Shown: piece by piece, positions 1-10,808 of the stretch
Position numbering within the stretch: position 1 is the first letter of the stretch
Layout: each line of letters opens with the position of its first letter
From: an uncultured Gammaproteobacteria bacterium
GTDB lineage: Bacteria > Patescibacteriota > Patescibacteriia > Patescibacteriales > GWC2-42-12
Direction: 5' to 3'
NCBI GenBank assembly: GCA_964467155.1
Contig: CAYXNZ010000002.1
Coordinates: 14,339-78,338, forward strand
Length of the DNA stretch: 64,000 nt
Program-made: the position numbers and the translations under genes
Notes under the pieces: model-generated
What the model saw: the letters and a program-made list of their open reading frames with translations, nothing else
Databases searched by the model: none
Told to the model about the DNA's origin: nothing

Positions 1-332
1 TAACAGTGACCAATTTAGAAATTATTGAAGTTGATCAAGCTAATAACATTTTGTTGATTAAAGGCGCAATTCCTGGAGCTAAGAGTGGTTTGATTCTTAT
101 TGCCGGTGAAGGTCAATTAAAGACTAGAGTGAAAAAAGAAGAAACTAAAAAAGTTAAAGAAGAAAAAATTGAAAAAATAGATACAGCTAAGGTTGATGTA
201 CCAGCAGAGGAGAATAAGGAAACAAAAAACGATAAAGAGATAAAAGATAATTCAGAAACTAAAGAAGAAAAAAAGATTAAAGAAAAAGTAGAAGATAAAA
301 AATCAATTGAAAAAGAAAAATCAGAAAAATAA
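1..332 (+). CDS. rplC: 50S ribosomal protein L3, C-terminal part (5' truncated), with long Lys/Glu tail
   Basis: NLEIIEVD..NNILLIKGAIPGAK is the L3 C-terminal motif; directly upstream of L4. Confidence 0.93.
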   Translation, partial: TVTNLEIIEVDQANNILLIKGAIPGAKSGLILIAGEGQLKTRVKKEETKKVKEEKIEKIDTAKVDVPAEENKETKNDKEIKDNSETKEEKKIKEKVEDKKSIEKEKSEK

Positions 333-334
333 AT

Positions 335-985
335 ATGATTAAATATCAAATTTACAACCAAAAAGGCGAATCAGTTGGAGAACAGAAGTTATCCGATAGA
401 ATTTTTAAAATTAAAGCAAATATAGCTTTAATCCACCAAGCAGTAGTAACGCAAAGGGCGAATCAACGACCAGTAATAGCACATACCAAAGGCAGAAGTG
501 AAGTCCGAGGTGGAGGTAAAAAACCATGGAAACAAAAAGGAACTGGACGAGCACGAGCTGGATCAACCAGATCACCTATTTGGATTGGCGGTGGAGTAAC
601 TTTTGGTCCAACCAATGAAAGAAATTTTAAGAAAAAGATTAACTTAAAAATGAAACAAAAAGCACTGTTTATGGCATTAAGCGATAAAACAGAACAAAAA
701 AATTTGGTTATTTTAGATAAACTTGATATAACTGAATTTAAGACTAGTGTTTTCAATAAGATTGTTAAAAACATAGAAGAAAAAATAAATAAAAAAGAAA
801 ATAAAAAAAGAAGTCTTTTAATAATTTCTGACAAATTAGATGAGAAAATTAAGTATGCGTCTAGAAATTTAGTTGGATTAAAATTAATGAATTTAAATAA
901 TATAAATATTGTTGATTTATTAAAATATCGAGATTTAACGTTAACTACGGAAGTAATTAAAAAATTAGAAGAAAGATTAAAATAA
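335..985 (+). CDS. rplD: 50S ribosomal protein L4
   Basis: TKGRSEVRGGGKKPWKQKGTGRARAGS motif. Confidence 0.98.
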   Translation: MIKYQIYNQKGESVGEQKLSDRIFKIKANIALIHQAVVTQRANQRPVIAHTKGRSEVRGGGKKPWKQKGTGRARAGSTRSPIWIGGGVTFGPTNERNFKKKINLKMKQKALFMALSDKTEQKNLVILDKLDITEFKTSVFNKIVKNIEEKINKKENKKRSLLIISDKLDEKIKYASRNLVGLKLMNLNNINIVDLLKYRDLTLTTEVIKKLEERLK

Positions 986-986
986 T

Positions 987-1463
987 ATGGGTTTATTTGG
1001 TAATAAAAAAACTAAAGATGATGAGAAAGCTGAAGTAAAAATTTCAACTAAGGTTGCGACTACTGATGTAAAGAAAAAGGTTGAACCGAAAAAAACAGAA
1101 TCAGAAAAAAAAACCATGAAAGATTTATATAGTGATAATACAAAAGGCAAAACGGATAAGAAAAAAGAAAAAAAATACGGTAATGCTTATAGTATATTGC
1201 TACGACCATTAGTAACTGAAAAGGTAAGTAATCTATCAGCCGAAAATAAATATGTATTTGAAGTTTCAGTATCAGCTAATAAAATAGAAGTTGCTAAAGC
1301 AATTGAAGAAGTCTATGGAATCAAACCAGTAAAAATTAATATAATAAGAGTTATTGGTAAAAAAACCCGCTATGGACGAATAGCTGGTAGAAAAAAAGAT
1401 TGGAAAAAGGCAGTCGTTAGTTTGCCTGAAGGTAAAACTATTAAAGTTTATGAAGGAGTATAA
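987..1463 (+). CDS. rplW: 50S ribosomal protein L23 with ~60 aa N-terminal extension
   Basis: RPLVTEK...YVFEV...[11 protein letters not shown]...KKAVVSL; operon position. Confidence 0.96.
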   Translation: MGLFGNKKTKDDEKAEVKISTKVATTDVKKKVEPKKTESEKKTMKDLYSDNTKGKTDKKKEKKYGNAYSILLRPLVTEKVSNLSAENKYVFEVSVSANKIEVAKAIEEVYGIKPVKINIIRVIGKKTRYGRIAGRKKDWKKAVVSLPEGKTIKVYEGV

Positions 1464-1468
1464 TTAAT

Positions 1469-2317
1469 ATGGGAATAAAAAAAGCAAAACCAACAACACC
1501 AGGAAGACGAGGCGCTAGCTTTGATACATTTTCAGATATTACTGCTAAAAAACCTGAAAGGAAATTAATTGTAATTAAAAAGCAACATGCTGGTAGAAAT
1601 AATCAGGGCAAAATTACAATTAGACATAGAGGTGGTGGTGAAAAAAGATTTATCAGATTAATTGATTTTAAACGTGATAAATTTGGTGTACCTGGTAAGG
1701 TGGCAACAATTGAATATGATCCAAATAGGGGAGCAAGAATTGCTTTGATTAATTATAAAGATGGTGAAAAAAGATATATTATTGCACCGACAGAATTAAC
1801 GGTTGGGCAAGAGATTATGAGTTCTCGTGAAAAAATAGAAATTGTTACTGGTAATGCTATGCCAATTAAGAATATCCCAGCCGGTGTAGCCGTTTATAAT
1901 ATAGAATTGGAACCAGGTAAAGGTGGTAAAATTGCCAGAGCAGCTGGTAATTTAGTAAAAGTCATGGGTGTTGAAGGTAAATATGCTCAGATAAAAATGC
2001 CATCTGGTGAAATTAGATTGATAAAAAAAGATTGTATGTGTACTGTCGGTCAAGTTAGTAATCCCGATAAAAGACATATAAAAATTGGTAAAGCTGGCAG
2101 AAAGAGACATATGGGTATAAGGCCAACTGTTCGTGGTAAAGCAATGAATCCAGTCGATCATCCCCATGGTGGTGGAGAAGGTAATCAGCCAATTGGTTTG
2201 AAACATCCGAAGACTCCTTGGGGTAAACCAGCGTTAGGTGTTAGAACTAGAAACAAAAAGAAAGGTTCAGGTAAATTAATTATACAAAGAAGAAAAGCTA
2301 AAGGAAAAAGAAAATAA
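1469..2317 (+). CDS. rplB: 50S ribosomal protein L2
   Basis: [37 protein letters not shown]. Confidence 0.99.
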   Translation: MGIKKAKPTTPGRRGASFDTFSDITAKKPERKLIVIKKQHAGRNNQGKITIRHRGGGEKRFIRLIDFKRDKFGVPGKVATIEYDPNRGARIALINYKDGEKRYIIAPTELTVGQEIMSSREKIEIVTGNAMPIKNIPAGVAVYNIELEPGKGGKIARAAGNLVKVMGVEGKYAQIKMPSGEIRLIKKDCMCTVGQVSNPDKRHIKIGKAGRKRHMGIRPTVRGKAMNPVDHPHGGGEGNQPIGLKHPKTPWGKPALGVRTRNKKKGSGKLIIQRRKAKGKRK

Positions 2318-2332
2318 TTTAAAATAATTATT

Positions 2333-2620
2333 ATGTCAAGAAGTTTAAAAAAAGGTCCATACGTAAATCCAAGGATTTTGAATAAAATTAAAGATCTAAA
2401 ATCAGGTGATAGTACCGTGATTAAAGTTTGGGATAGATCCTGCACAGTTACCCCAGAAATGGTTGGTTTTACTTTTGGAGTTCATAATGGCAAACAACAT
2501 GTACCGATTACTATAGTTGAAAATATGGTTGGACATAAATTTGGTGAATTTGCACTAACTAGAAAATTTGTGAGTCATGGTGGTAAAATAGCCAAAGCTC
2601 AAGCCAAGGGTGGTAAGTAA
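2333..2620 (+). CDS. rpsS: 30S ribosomal protein S19
   Basis: MSRSLKKGPYV, VHNGK, MVGHKFGEFALTR. Confidence 0.98.
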   Translation: MSRSLKKGPYVNPRILNKIKDLKSGDSTVIKVWDRSCTVTPEMVGFTFGVHNGKQHVPITIVENMVGHKFGEFALTRKFVSHGGKIAKAQAKGGK

Positions 2621-2647
2621 TAATTTGATTAATTGTATAAAATTAAT

Positions 2648-3229
2648 ATGGAAGTAAGCGCAAATATAAAATTTCTTCGTATATCACCCCGAAAAATTCG
2701 GGTAGTGGCAGATGCAGTCAGAGGTATGACTGTTGAGCAAGCATTGGCTCAATTGAAATTTATAAACAAAAAAGCAGTTAAACCAGTTGAGAAGTTGATA
2801 AAATCAGCTGTGGCTAATGCTGAGCATAATTTAGAAATTGCGCAAGACAACTTGCTTTTAAAAACAATTACTGTAGATGATGGACCAACATTAGATCGTT
2901 GGATGCCAAGAGCTCATGGTAGAGCCACACCAATTAGAAAAAGAACTAGTCATGTTAAAGTAATTTTGGCTGAAATTAAAGAAAGTGCTAAAAAAGAAAT
3001 AAAGAAACAAAAAATAGATGCTCCAGTAAAATTGGGTAGTCAACCAGAGAAGGAAAATAAAGTAGAAGTTGAAAAATCAGAAACTTCAAAAGAAGTTGAT
3101 AAAAAAACAGAGACAGAAAAAGGTAAAGTCACTGAAGATCCAAGACAGGAAGGAAAAGGCGGACATACTAGAATAGAAGGCGGAGCAAAAGGTTTTGCTA
3201 AAAAAGTATTTAGAAGAAAGAGTGGATAA
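2648..3229 (+). CDS. rplV: 50S ribosomal protein L22 with ~80 aa C-terminal extension
   Basis: RISPRKIR, SAVANAEHN, PRAHGRA, TSHV; ATG 2648 preferred over TTG 2633. Confidence 0.97.
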   Translation: MEVSANIKFLRISPRKIRVVADAVRGMTVEQALAQLKFINKKAVKPVEKLIKSAVANAEHNLEIAQDNLLLKTITVDDGPTLDRWMPRAHGRATPIRKRTSHVKVILAEIKESAKKEIKKQKIDAPVKLGSQPEKENKVEVEKSETSKEVDKKTETEKGKVTEDPRQEGKGGHTRIEGGAKGFAKKVFRRKSG

Positions 3230-3254
3230 TTTATAATTGGTAAAATAATATACT

Positions 3255-3950
3255 ATGGGTAAAAAAGTAAATCCAAAAGTCATTCGATTAGGTACTACAA
3301 GGACATGGCCGTCCAAGTGGTTTGGCTTAGGTAAGGAATTTATAAATAACACTAAACAAGACATACAAGTTAGAAAACACATGATTGGAAAAATGCGTGA
3401 AGCAGGTATAGATAGAGTGGAGATTGAGAGAAGTCGAGGAAAAATAAGCGTTAACATTTTTACAGCTAAGCCAGGTTTAATTATCGGACGTGGCGGAACT
3501 GGAGCTGAGGATATTAAAAAAGAATTACACAAAAAATACTTAAAGAATTTTAAAATAGCAGACATTAATTTAAATATTACTGAAGTTGATAGACCAAACT
3601 TAAGTGCTCAGATTATTGTTCAGTCAATGTCTTTGGAACTTGAAAAAAGAGTACCATTTAGACGTGTTATGAAACAAGTTATAGGTAGAGTTGAAAGAGC
3701 TGGCGCACTTGGTATCAAGGTTATTGTTGCCGGTAGACTTAACGGTGCTGAAATTGCTCGATCTGAAATGTTGACATCTGGCAAAGTACCACTACATACT
3801 TTGCGAGCAGACATTGATTATGCTAGAGGTGTTGCTAGAACTACCTATGGTGCAGTTGGAATCAAGGTTTGGATTTATAAAAAAGATATTTTTAAAAAAG
3901 AAGAAGAAGCCGTGAAAGGTGAAATAATCGGCGAGAAAAAAAGTAAATAG
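3255..3950 (+). CDS. rpsC: 30S ribosomal protein S3
   Basis: [34 protein letters not shown]. Confidence 0.99.
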   Translation: MGKKVNPKVIRLGTTRTWPSKWFGLGKEFINNTKQDIQVRKHMIGKMREAGIDRVEIERSRGKISVNIFTAKPGLIIGRGGTGAEDIKKELHKKYLKNFKIADINLNITEVDRPNLSAQIIVQSMSLELEKRVPFRRVMKQVIGRVERAGALGIKVIVAGRLNGAEIARSEMLTSGKVPLHTLRADIDYARGVARTTYGAVGIKVWIYKKDIFKKEEEAVKGEIIGEKKSK

Positions 3951-3958
3951 AAAAAAAT

Positions 3959-4363
3959 ATGTTAATGCCAAAAAAAACAAAGCATAGAAAATCACATAAA
4001 GGCAAAAGAGGTGGTAAAGCTACTCGTTTGACTGAAGTTAATTTTGGTAGTTTTGGATTAAAAGCAGTTGAAGCTCATTGGATAACAGCGAGACAAATAG
4101 AAGCTGCACGACGAGTAATAACCAAATATACTAAAAAAGGTGGTAATATGTGGATTAGGATATTCCCAGACAAGCCAGTTACTCAAAAAGGTGGAGAAAT
4201 ACCTATGGGTAAAGGTAAGGGCGCGGTTGATCATTATGTTGTTGTCGTTAAACCAGGAGCAATAATGTTTGAAGTAGAAGGTATTGATGAAAAAATGGCT
4301 AAGGAAGCTTTGATTTTAGCGGCTCATAAATTACCGATAAAATGTAAATTTGTAAAGAAATAA
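3959..4363 (+). CDS. rplP: 50S ribosomal protein L16
   Basis: [34 protein letters not shown]. Confidence 0.99.
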   Translation: MLMPKKTKHRKSHKGKRGGKATRLTEVNFGSFGLKAVEAHWITARQIEAARRVITKYTKKGGNMWIRIFPDKPVTQKGGEIPMGKGKGAVDHYVVVVKPGAIMFEVEGIDEKMAKEALILAAHKLPIKCKFVKK

Positions 4364-4367
4364 TTAT

Positions 4368-4613
4368 ATGGAATTCAAAGAGCTAAAAAAGAAAAAAACA
4401 ATAGATTTGCATAAAATATTAGCTGAATCAAGAGATAAGCTGAGAGAGCTTAAATTTAAAGATGCCAATAAACAGTTGAAGAACGTTCGAGAAATAAGAA
4501 TAATTAGAAAAACAATTTCTCAGATATTAACAATTTTAAATATTTCAGATAAAGAAGAAGCAAATATCAAAGAAGAAAAGAAGGTATCAACAGTAAAAGA
4601 AAATAAAGAATAA
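4368..4613 (+). CDS. rpmC: 50S ribosomal protein L29
   Basis: QLKNVREIRIIRKTISQILT; position between L16 and S17. Confidence 0.93.
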   Translation: MEFKELKKKKTIDLHKILAESRDKLRELKFKDANKQLKNVREIRIIRKTISQILTILNISDKEEANIKEEKKVSTVKENKE

Positions 4614-4618
4614 ATTAT

Positions 4619-4924
4619 ATGGAAAATAATAAAGCACAAGAAAAAGAAATAAATCAAACGAAACAACAGGTGGATAAAATTAGAAAAAAATTCAATGGTG
4701 TTGTTTTTAGTAATTCTATGGATAAAACAGTTACAGTAATTGTTAGTCGAGTGAAAATGCATCCAAAATATAAAAAAAGATATACAGTTACAAAAAAATA
4801 TAAAGTACATGATGAACAAAATAAATGTAAAAAAGAAGATAAAGTTGTATTTGTTGAATGTCGGCCAATGAGTAAAAGCAAGAGATGGAGAATAGTTTAT
4901 CAAGCTGATAATAATAAAAAATAA
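4619..4924 (+). CDS. rpsQ: 30S ribosomal protein S17
   Basis: MDKTVTV, HPKYKK, HDEQN, ECRPMSKSKRW. Confidence 0.98.
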   Translation: MENNKAQEKEINQTKQQVDKIRKKFNGVVFSNSMDKTVTVIVSRVKMHPKYKKRYTVTKKYKVHDEQNKCKKEDKVVFVECRPMSKSKRWRIVYQADNNKK

Positions 4925-4931
4925 TTAATAT

Positions 4932-5303
4932 ATGATACAGGTACAGACAAGATTAAAAGTAGCAGACAACGCTGGCGCAAAAAGAGTTATGTGTATTAGA
5001 GTTTTAGGTGGTTACCGCAGAAGATATGCGCGAGTTGGAAATATTATCACAGCTTCAGTGAAAGAAGCCGTGCCTCATTCAGCTATCAAAAAAGGTGATG
5101 TGGTTAGAGCTGTAGTTGTTAGAACAAAAAAAGAAATCGGTAGAGCTGATGGTACTTATTTACGTTTTGATGAAAACGCCTGTGTTATAATTGATAAAGA
5201 AAAGAAAGAAATTAAAGGCACTAGAATCTTTGGTCCAATTGCCAGAGAGGTGAAACAAGCTGGGTATAATAAAATTGCTTCTTTAGCTCCAGAAGTTTTA
5301 TAA
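4932..5303 (+). CDS. rplN: 50S ribosomal protein L14
   Basis: [33 protein letters not shown]. Confidence 0.99.
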   Translation: MIQVQTRLKVADNAGAKRVMCIRVLGGYRRRYARVGNIITASVKEAVPHSAIKKGDVVRAVVVRTKKEIGRADGTYLRFDENACVIIDKEKKEIKGTRIFGPIAREVKQAGYNKIASLAPEVL

Positions 5304-5343
5304 AGATTGAAGCAAAAAGTAAAAACAGTAATATATTATAAAT

Positions 5344-5676
5344 ATGAAAATCAAAAAAGGCGATAAAGTAAAAATACTATCAGGAAAAGATAAAGGCAAA
5401 ACAGGAAAAGTTTTGCAAGTTTTTCCTTCTAGGAATAAAGCTAGTATTGAAGGTTTAAATCTTTTGATTAAGCACATGCGACCAAAAAAGCAGGGAGAAA
5501 AAGGTCAGAGAATTGAATTTCCAGCACCAATGGATTTATCAAATGTCATTCTAGATTGTCCGAAATGTGGTCGACCAACAAGAATTGCTTACAAATATTT
5601 AGATATTACTAAGGGTGATAAAAAAACCAAGAAAAAGACAAGAGTTTGTAAAAAATGTAAACAAATAATTGATTAG
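5344..5676 (+). CDS. rplX: 50S ribosomal protein L24
   Basis: KOW motif IKKGDKVKILSGKDKGKTGKV; CxxC pairs. Confidence 0.98.
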   Translation: MKIKKGDKVKILSGKDKGKTGKVLQVFPSRNKASIEGLNLLIKHMRPKKQGEKGQRIEFPAPMDLSNVILDCPKCGRPTRIAYKYLDITKGDKKTKKKTRVCKKCKQIID

Positions 5677-5681
5677 TTATT

Positions 5682-6221
5682 ATGAGATTAGAAGAAAAAT
5701 ATAAAAAAGAAATTATACCAGCTATGAAAAATAAATTTGGTTATAAAAATGCCATTGCAGTACCAAAGTTATCTAAGGTTGTGATTAATGTTGGTATCGG
5801 TAAACATTCCAAAGAAAAGGACTATGTGAATAGTGTCGTCAACAATGTTCTAAGAATATCTGGTCAAAAACCAGTCCTAACTAAAGCTAAGAAATCAATT
5901 TCAGCTTTTAAGATCAGAGACGGTATGGTTATTGGTGTGGCAGTGACTTTGAGAGGTAAACGAATGTATGATTTTGTACAAAAGTTAATTAACATTACCT
6001 TTCCTCGAGTTAGAGATTTTAGAGGTATAAAAACAAGTCAGACTGACAAACAAGGTAATTTATCAATTGGTTTTAAAGAACACATATCTTTTCCTGAAAT
6101 TAAAGTAGATGAAGTTGATAATATACACGGTTTAGAGGTTTGTCTACATACGACAGCTGAAACAAAAGAAGCTGGTTTAGAATTATTCAAACTATTAGGT
6201 TTTCCATTCATTAAAGAATAA
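5682..6221 (+). CDS. rplE: 50S ribosomal protein L5
   Basis: KVVINVGIG, GQKPV, VTLRG, PRVRDFRG. Confidence 0.99.
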   Translation: MRLEEKYKKEIIPAMKNKFGYKNAIAVPKLSKVVINVGIGKHSKEKDYVNSVVNNVLRISGQKPVLTKAKKSISAFKIRDGMVIGVAVTLRGKRMYDFVQKLINITFPRVRDFRGIKTSQTDKQGNLSIGFKEHISFPEIKVDEVDNIHGLEVCLHTTAETKEAGLELFKLLGFPFIKE

Positions 6222-6238
6222 TAAAATAATATTTAGAT

Positions 6239-6424
6239 ATGGCTAGAAAAGCTTTAATAGCAAAATCAAAAAGAACACCTAAATTTTCTACTCGTACGAT
6301 TAGACGTTGTTGGCGTTGTGGTAGAAATAAGGGTTATATGAGAGATTTTGGATTATGCCGAATATGCTTTAGAGAATTAGCTGAAAATACAGATATTCCA
6401 GGAGTAACTAAATCATCGTGGTAA
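6239..6424 (+). CDS. rpsN: 30S ribosomal protein S14, zinc-binding type
   Basis: 61 aa, RCWRCGR...GLCRICFRE. Confidence 0.98.
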   Translation: MARKALIAKSKRTPKFSTRTIRRCWRCGRNKGYMRDFGLCRICFRELAENTDIPGVTKSSW

Positions 6425-6463
6425 TTGTTAAGCAATTAATATAAAAATAATTTTAGAAAAATT

Positions 6464-6877
6464 ATGAGTGATCCAATCGCGGACATGTTAACAAGAATCA
6501 GAAACGCTTCAGCCGTAGGGAAAGAAGTCATTGTTTTACCAATGAGTAAAATAAAATATAATCTGGCTAAGATCTTAGAAAGAGATGGCTGGGTAGGCAA
6601 AGTTGAAAAGATAAAGACAAAAGGGAAGAAAAACAATAGCTTTATGTTTGATGAACTAAAGATTGTTTTAAGGTATAATTCTAACGGTAGATCAAAGATA
6701 TCTTCTTTAAAAAAGATAAGTAAACCAGGCAGAAGAGTATACGTTGGAAAAGATAAATTACCAAAAGTATTAAATAATTTAGGTATTTCGATAATTTCAA
6801 CACCACAAGGCCTAATGACGAATAAAGAAGCAGGGAAATTAGGTATTGGAGGAGAAGTTATTTGTGAAATTTATTAA
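6464..6877 (+). CDS. rpsH: 30S ribosomal protein S8
   Basis: DPIADMLTRIRNA, ISKPGRRVY, GGEVIC. Confidence 0.99.
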   Translation: MSDPIADMLTRIRNASAVGKEVIVLPMSKIKYNLAKILERDGWVGKVEKIKTKGKKNNSFMFDELKIVLRYNSNGRSKISSLKKISKPGRRVYVGKDKLPKVLNNLGISIISTPQGLMTNKEAGKLGIGGEVICEIY

Positions 6878-6882
6878 TTTAT

Positions 6883-7428
6883 ATGTCAAGATTAGGAAAA
6901 TTACCAATTGAATTATTAGACGGAGTTCAAGCAAAAATTGAAGGAGATTTTATTATTGTCAAAGGACCAAAAGGTGAGTTGAGTCAACAATTAAATCCTT
7001 TAGTTAAAGTTGATATTGGTGAAAAAGAAATTACAGTTTCTTCTTTAGGAAAGAATAGAAAAGAAATTGCTTTTTGGGGTCTATACCGTAGTTTGATAAA
7101 TAATATGGTTCAGGGAGTAACAAGCGGTTATGAAAAAAAACTAGAGGTTAATGGTGTTGGTTATCGAGCAGCTGTTAGTGGTAGGGAAGTTATCTTAAAT
7201 GTTGGTTTTTCACATCCAGTAGAATATCAATTACCTGAAGGAATACAGGCTAGCGTTGAAGGCAATATTATTACGATTACTGGGATTGATAAACAAGCTG
7301 TTGGTGAAGTAGCAGCACAATTAAGAAAAGTCAGAAAACCAGAACCTTATAAAGGTAAAGGTATTAAATATATAGATGAAATAATTAGACGAAAAGCTGG
7401 AAAAACAGCTTCTAAGACAGAAGCTTAA
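6883..7428 (+). CDS. rplF: 50S ribosomal protein L6
   Basis: MSRLGK, GVGYRA, RKPEPYKGKGI. Confidence 0.99.
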   Translation: MSRLGKLPIELLDGVQAKIEGDFIIVKGPKGELSQQLNPLVKVDIGEKEITVSSLGKNRKEIAFWGLYRSLINNMVQGVTSGYEKKLEVNGVGYRAAVSGREVILNVGFSHPVEYQLPEGIQASVEGNIITITGIDKQAVGEVAAQLRKVRKPEPYKGKGIKYIDEIIRRKAGKTASKTEA

Positions 7429-7440
7429 TTTGAATAAAAT

Positions 7441-7794
7441 ATGGATAGAGCAAAGAAAAAACAAACAACAAAGATTAGACGAAAAGCTAAAATTAGAGTT
7501 AAAGTTAAAGGTACAGCTAAGCGTCCAAGATTAAGCGTGTTTAGATCTAACGCTAATATTTATGTACAGATAATTGATGATGATAAAGGTGTAACTTTAG
7601 CTAGCGCTCATAGCAAAGAAATAAAATCAGATGGTAAGAAAACTGAAATTTGTTTTGAATTAGGTAAAGAACTTGCCAAAAAAGCACTTGATAAGAAAAT
7701 CAAGGAAACTGTTTTCGATAGAGGTGGTTATCAATTTCATGGTCGAATAAAGGCGGTTGCTGATGGAGCCAGAGAAGGTGGTTTAAAAATATAA
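7441..7794 (+). CDS. rplR: 50S ribosomal protein L18
   Basis: [22 protein letters not shown]. Confidence 0.98.
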   Translation: MDRAKKKQTTKIRRKAKIRVKVKGTAKRPRLSVFRSNANIYVQIIDDDKGVTLASAHSKEIKSDGKKTEICFELGKELAKKALDKKIKETVFDRGGYQFHGRIKAVADGAREGGLKI

Positions 7795-7814
7795 TAAAAT
7801 ACAAAATATTAAAT

Positions 7815-8423
7815 ATGTCAGAAGAAAAGCAACAAAAAAATGATAAATCTGCGAATCAGGTAGAAAAAAGACAGCCGAAGAATTTTAAAAATACTGGTAA
7901 CCGAAGAAGAAATTTTAGAGACAGAAAAGATGAACCAAAAGATGATTTTGAGCAGAAAATATTGGATCTAGCTAGAGTTACTAGAGTTATGGCTGGAGGT
8001 AAAAGAATGAGATTTAGAGCCTGTGTCGCTGTTGGCGATAAAAAAGGGCATGTTAGCGTTGGTGTCGCTAAAGGTACAGACGTGACTATGGCAGTATCCA
8101 AAGCTGTAAATAGGGCAAAAAAAGACATTGTAGATGTACCAATAGTTAAGGATACTATTCCTCATGAAATTTATCATAAATTGGGTGCTTCAAAAATTTT
8201 ATTTAAGCCTGCCCGAAAAGGCCGAGGTATTATTGCTGGTGGTGTAGTCAGAATTGTTCTAGAATTAGCTGGCATCCACAATATTACAAGTAAAATATTA
8301 GGTACATCAAATAAATTAAATAATTCTAAATGTACGATAGCGGCTTTAAAAAAACTTAAAAAAGGTAAACCAGTGGTCGTAGAAAATAAAATAAATCAGT
8401 CAGACAATAAAGATTCTAAATAA
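7815..8423 (+). CDS. rpsE: 30S ribosomal protein S5
   Basis: RVTRVMAGGKRMRF, GIIAGG, LELAGI. Confidence 0.98.
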   Translation: MSEEKQQKNDKSANQVEKRQPKNFKNTGNRRRNFRDRKDEPKDDFEQKILDLARVTRVMAGGKRMRFRACVAVGDKKGHVSVGVAKGTDVTMAVSKAVNRAKKDIVDVPIVKDTIPHEIYHKLGASKILFKPARKGRGIIAGGVVRIVLELAGIHNITSKILGTSNKLNNSKCTIAALKKLKKGKPVVVENKINQSDNKDSK

Positions 8424-8427
8424 AAAT

Positions 8428-8880
8428 ATGACAATATCATTACACAATTTAAAACCGGCTAAGGGATCGCAAAAAAAGAGAAAAAGAGTTGGGCGTGGTA
8501 ATGCTTCAGGTCATGGTACTTACAGCACCAGAGGTCAAAAAGGTCAACGTTCAAGAAGTGGTGGTAAAAGTGGTTTGAAAAAATTAGGTTTCAGACAGAC
8601 TCTTCAAGGGATACCTAAGCATCGTGGTTTTAAATCCTTGAGATCAGATAATCAACCAGTCAATTTATCTGAAATTAATAAATTTTTTAAAGATGGTGAT
8701 AAGATAGACGCAAAAGGATTGTTGAAGGCAGGTTTAATAAAAAGGGTTAATTTACCAGTTAAAATTTTGTCTTTAGGAGAATTGAAATTAAAAAAATTAA
8801 TATTTTCTAACATTAAATTTAGTCAATCAGCAAAAGAGCAGATTGAAAAATGTGGTGGGAAAATAGTTGATAAAGCTTAG
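8428..8880 (+). CDS. rplO: 50S ribosomal protein L15
   Basis: KRVGRGNASGHG..STRGQKGQRSRSG. Confidence 0.98.
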   Translation: MTISLHNLKPAKGSQKKRKRVGRGNASGHGTYSTRGQKGQRSRSGGKSGLKKLGFRQTLQGIPKHRGFKSLRSDNQPVNLSEINKFFKDGDKIDAKGLLKAGLIKRVNLPVKILSLGELKLKKLIFSNIKFSQSAKEQIEKCGGKIVDKA

Positions 8881-8898
8881 TCTTTTAAGCATAATCAT

Positions 8899-10170
8899 AT
8901 GTTTCACAAATTAGTTCAAATTTGGAAGGCGCGTGATTTACGAAACAACATATTATTTGTTTTGGGTATGTTAGTAATTTTTCGTTTAGCAGCCCATATT
9001 CCAATACCTGGAGTTAATGTAATGGCTTTAAAAGAGTTTTTTTCATCTAATCAAATATTAGGATTAATGAATATTTTTTCTGGTGGTGGCATGGAAAATT
9101 TTTCCATTGTTATGATGGGTGTAGCTCCTTATATTACAGCTTCTATTATATTTCAGTTATTAGCTATGATTATCCCAGCTTTAGAAGAATTAAATAAAGA
9201 AGAATCTGGTAGACAAAAAGTAAACATGTGGACACGTTGGTTGACTGTGCCATTAGCAGCATTACAGTCATATAGTATGATTGTTTTACTTAAACGTTCA
9301 TCTTATTCTATCTTGGGAGAATTGAGTGCTTTTGATATGATTTCTATGGTTGTTATTATTACGGCAGGTACTATTTTCTTAATGTGGTTAGGAGAATTAA
9401 TTAGTGAAAAGAAAATTGGTAATGGTATTTCTCTGTTGATTTTTGCTGGAATAGTTGCTGGATTGCCACAAACGATTCAACAGGTAGCTTTCACTTTTGA
9501 TCAATCGCAACTTTTCATGATACTCGGTTTTATTGTTATAGCTTTAATAACAGTTGTTAGCGTAGTCATCATTACAGAGGGCCAGCGCAATGTACCAGTC
9601 CAATATGCTAGACAGGTTAGAGGAAATCGAATGTATGGTGGCACTAGTACGCATTTACCACTAAGAGTTAATATGGCTGGTGTTATTCCAATCATTTTTG
9701 CCATATCAGTTGTTCTATTCCCTTCAATGATTGCTCAGTTTTTTATTCACGCCAGAAGTGCGTGGATAGCTAATTCAGCCGAATGGATTATTGGTATTAT
9801 GCAAAATCAATTGATTTATGGAATTTTATACTTTTTGTTAGTTTTTGCTTTTACATATTTTTACACGGAAGTTATTTTTCACCCAACTCAAATTGCTGAA
9901 AACTTACAGAAACAAGGTGGTTTTATACCAGGCATTAGACCAGGCAGACATACGAGTGAATATCTAGCTAATACCACTCATAAAATAATTTTTGTTGGTG
10001 CTTTATTTTTAGGTATTATTGCTATCTTACCTTTGATTTTACGTTATTTTACTGGCATGCAAGCATTAGCTTTGGGCGGTACTAGTTTATTGATCGTGGT
10101 GGCAGTTGTTATAGAAACAGTTAAGCAAATAGAATCTCAGCTAACTATGCGTGAATACGAAGGAGCTTAG
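8899..10170 (+). CDS. secY: preprotein translocase subunit SecY
   Basis: GVAPYITASII, GIGNG-like, AGVIPIIFA, IPGIRPG, GGTSLLI. Confidence 0.99.
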   Translation: MFHKLVQIWKARDLRNNILFVLGMLVIFRLAAHIPIPGVNVMALKEFFSSNQILGLMNIFSGGGMENFSIVMMGVAPYITASIIFQLLAMIIPALEELNKEESGRQKVNMWTRWLTVPLAALQSYSMIVLLKRSSYSILGELSAFDMISMVVIITAGTIFLMWLGELISEKKIGNGISLLIFAGIVAGLPQTIQQVAFTFDQSQLFMILGFIVIALITVVSVVIITEGQRNVPVQYARQVRGNRMYGGTSTHLPLRVNMAGVIPIIFAISVVLFPSMIAQFFIHARSAWIANSAEWIIGIMQNQLIYGILYFLLVFAFTYFYTEVIFHPTQIAENLQKQGGFIPGIRPGRHTSEYLANTTHKIIFVGALFLGIIAILPLILRYFTGMQALALGGTSLLIVVAVVIETVKQIESQLTMREYEGA

Positions 10171-10277
10171 TTTTAAGCAAAATAATAAAAATAGAAACCG
10201 AACTAACTCCAAAAATGGGGTTTTTTCGTTTTTATGGGCATGTGGTATAATGGTATTGAGGAAATTAATTCAAATTT

Positions 10278-10805
10278 ATGTCTTATAAAAGTGAGGGCTT
10301 TAAGGGAATTCAGTATAAAAAAATTGGAAAAGTTGAGGTAGAAGAAATATTAAAAAAAATGGATGTGCATAGCCAACCTAAAGTCAAAGCATTGTTAGGA
10401 ATGTTGTCCGGTCGTTCGAAATCTCTGGCTAAATTTCACAAAGCAGTAAAAGATAAGTGTGGTCAACAAATTGCTAGTCGTTTTGAGACGGTAGCAGAAA
10501 AGCATTTTGGCGGAGGCGTAACCGAAGAACAAAAGAGAAGAAATTTGAAGACGCTTATGCACAAAGACACTTCTTTCTTAGATGAGCAAAGGAGTGGACG
10601 TAAAAAGGTAAATTATAGCGCCTTAGGAAATGTTTCGGCGAGAACAAAGGGGCAAGCATTAGACATTGGAATCAATAGATCAAAAACTGGTTTTGCGTCT
10701 GGCAATTTGAAAAAGTCTGGTTTTGGCGGACAAACAAGCACTAGTAAACCGACGTCACCAGCTAAACCATCGGGAGCACCGCCGATAATTCCATTAGCAA
10801 GATAA
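10278..10805 (+). CDS. hypothetical basic protein
   Basis: 175 aa ORF with an upstream TGG-TATAAT extended -10; family not recognised. Confidence 0.7.
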   Translation: MSYKSEGFKGIQYKKIGKVEVEEILKKMDVHSQPKVKALLGMLSGRSKSLAKFHKAVKDKCGQQIASRFETVAEKHFGGGVTEEQKRRNLKTLMHKDTSFLDEQRSGRKKVNYSALGNVSARTKGQALDIGINRSKTGFASGNLKKSGFGGQTSTSKPTSPAKPSGAPPIIPLAR

Positions 10806-10808
10806 TTT

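Noticed and set aside
113-9704. Antisense ORFs over ribosomal protein genes and secY (and similar shadows elsewhere)
   Set aside because: Phe/Ser/Leu-rich mirror frames of Lys/Glu-rich real genes.
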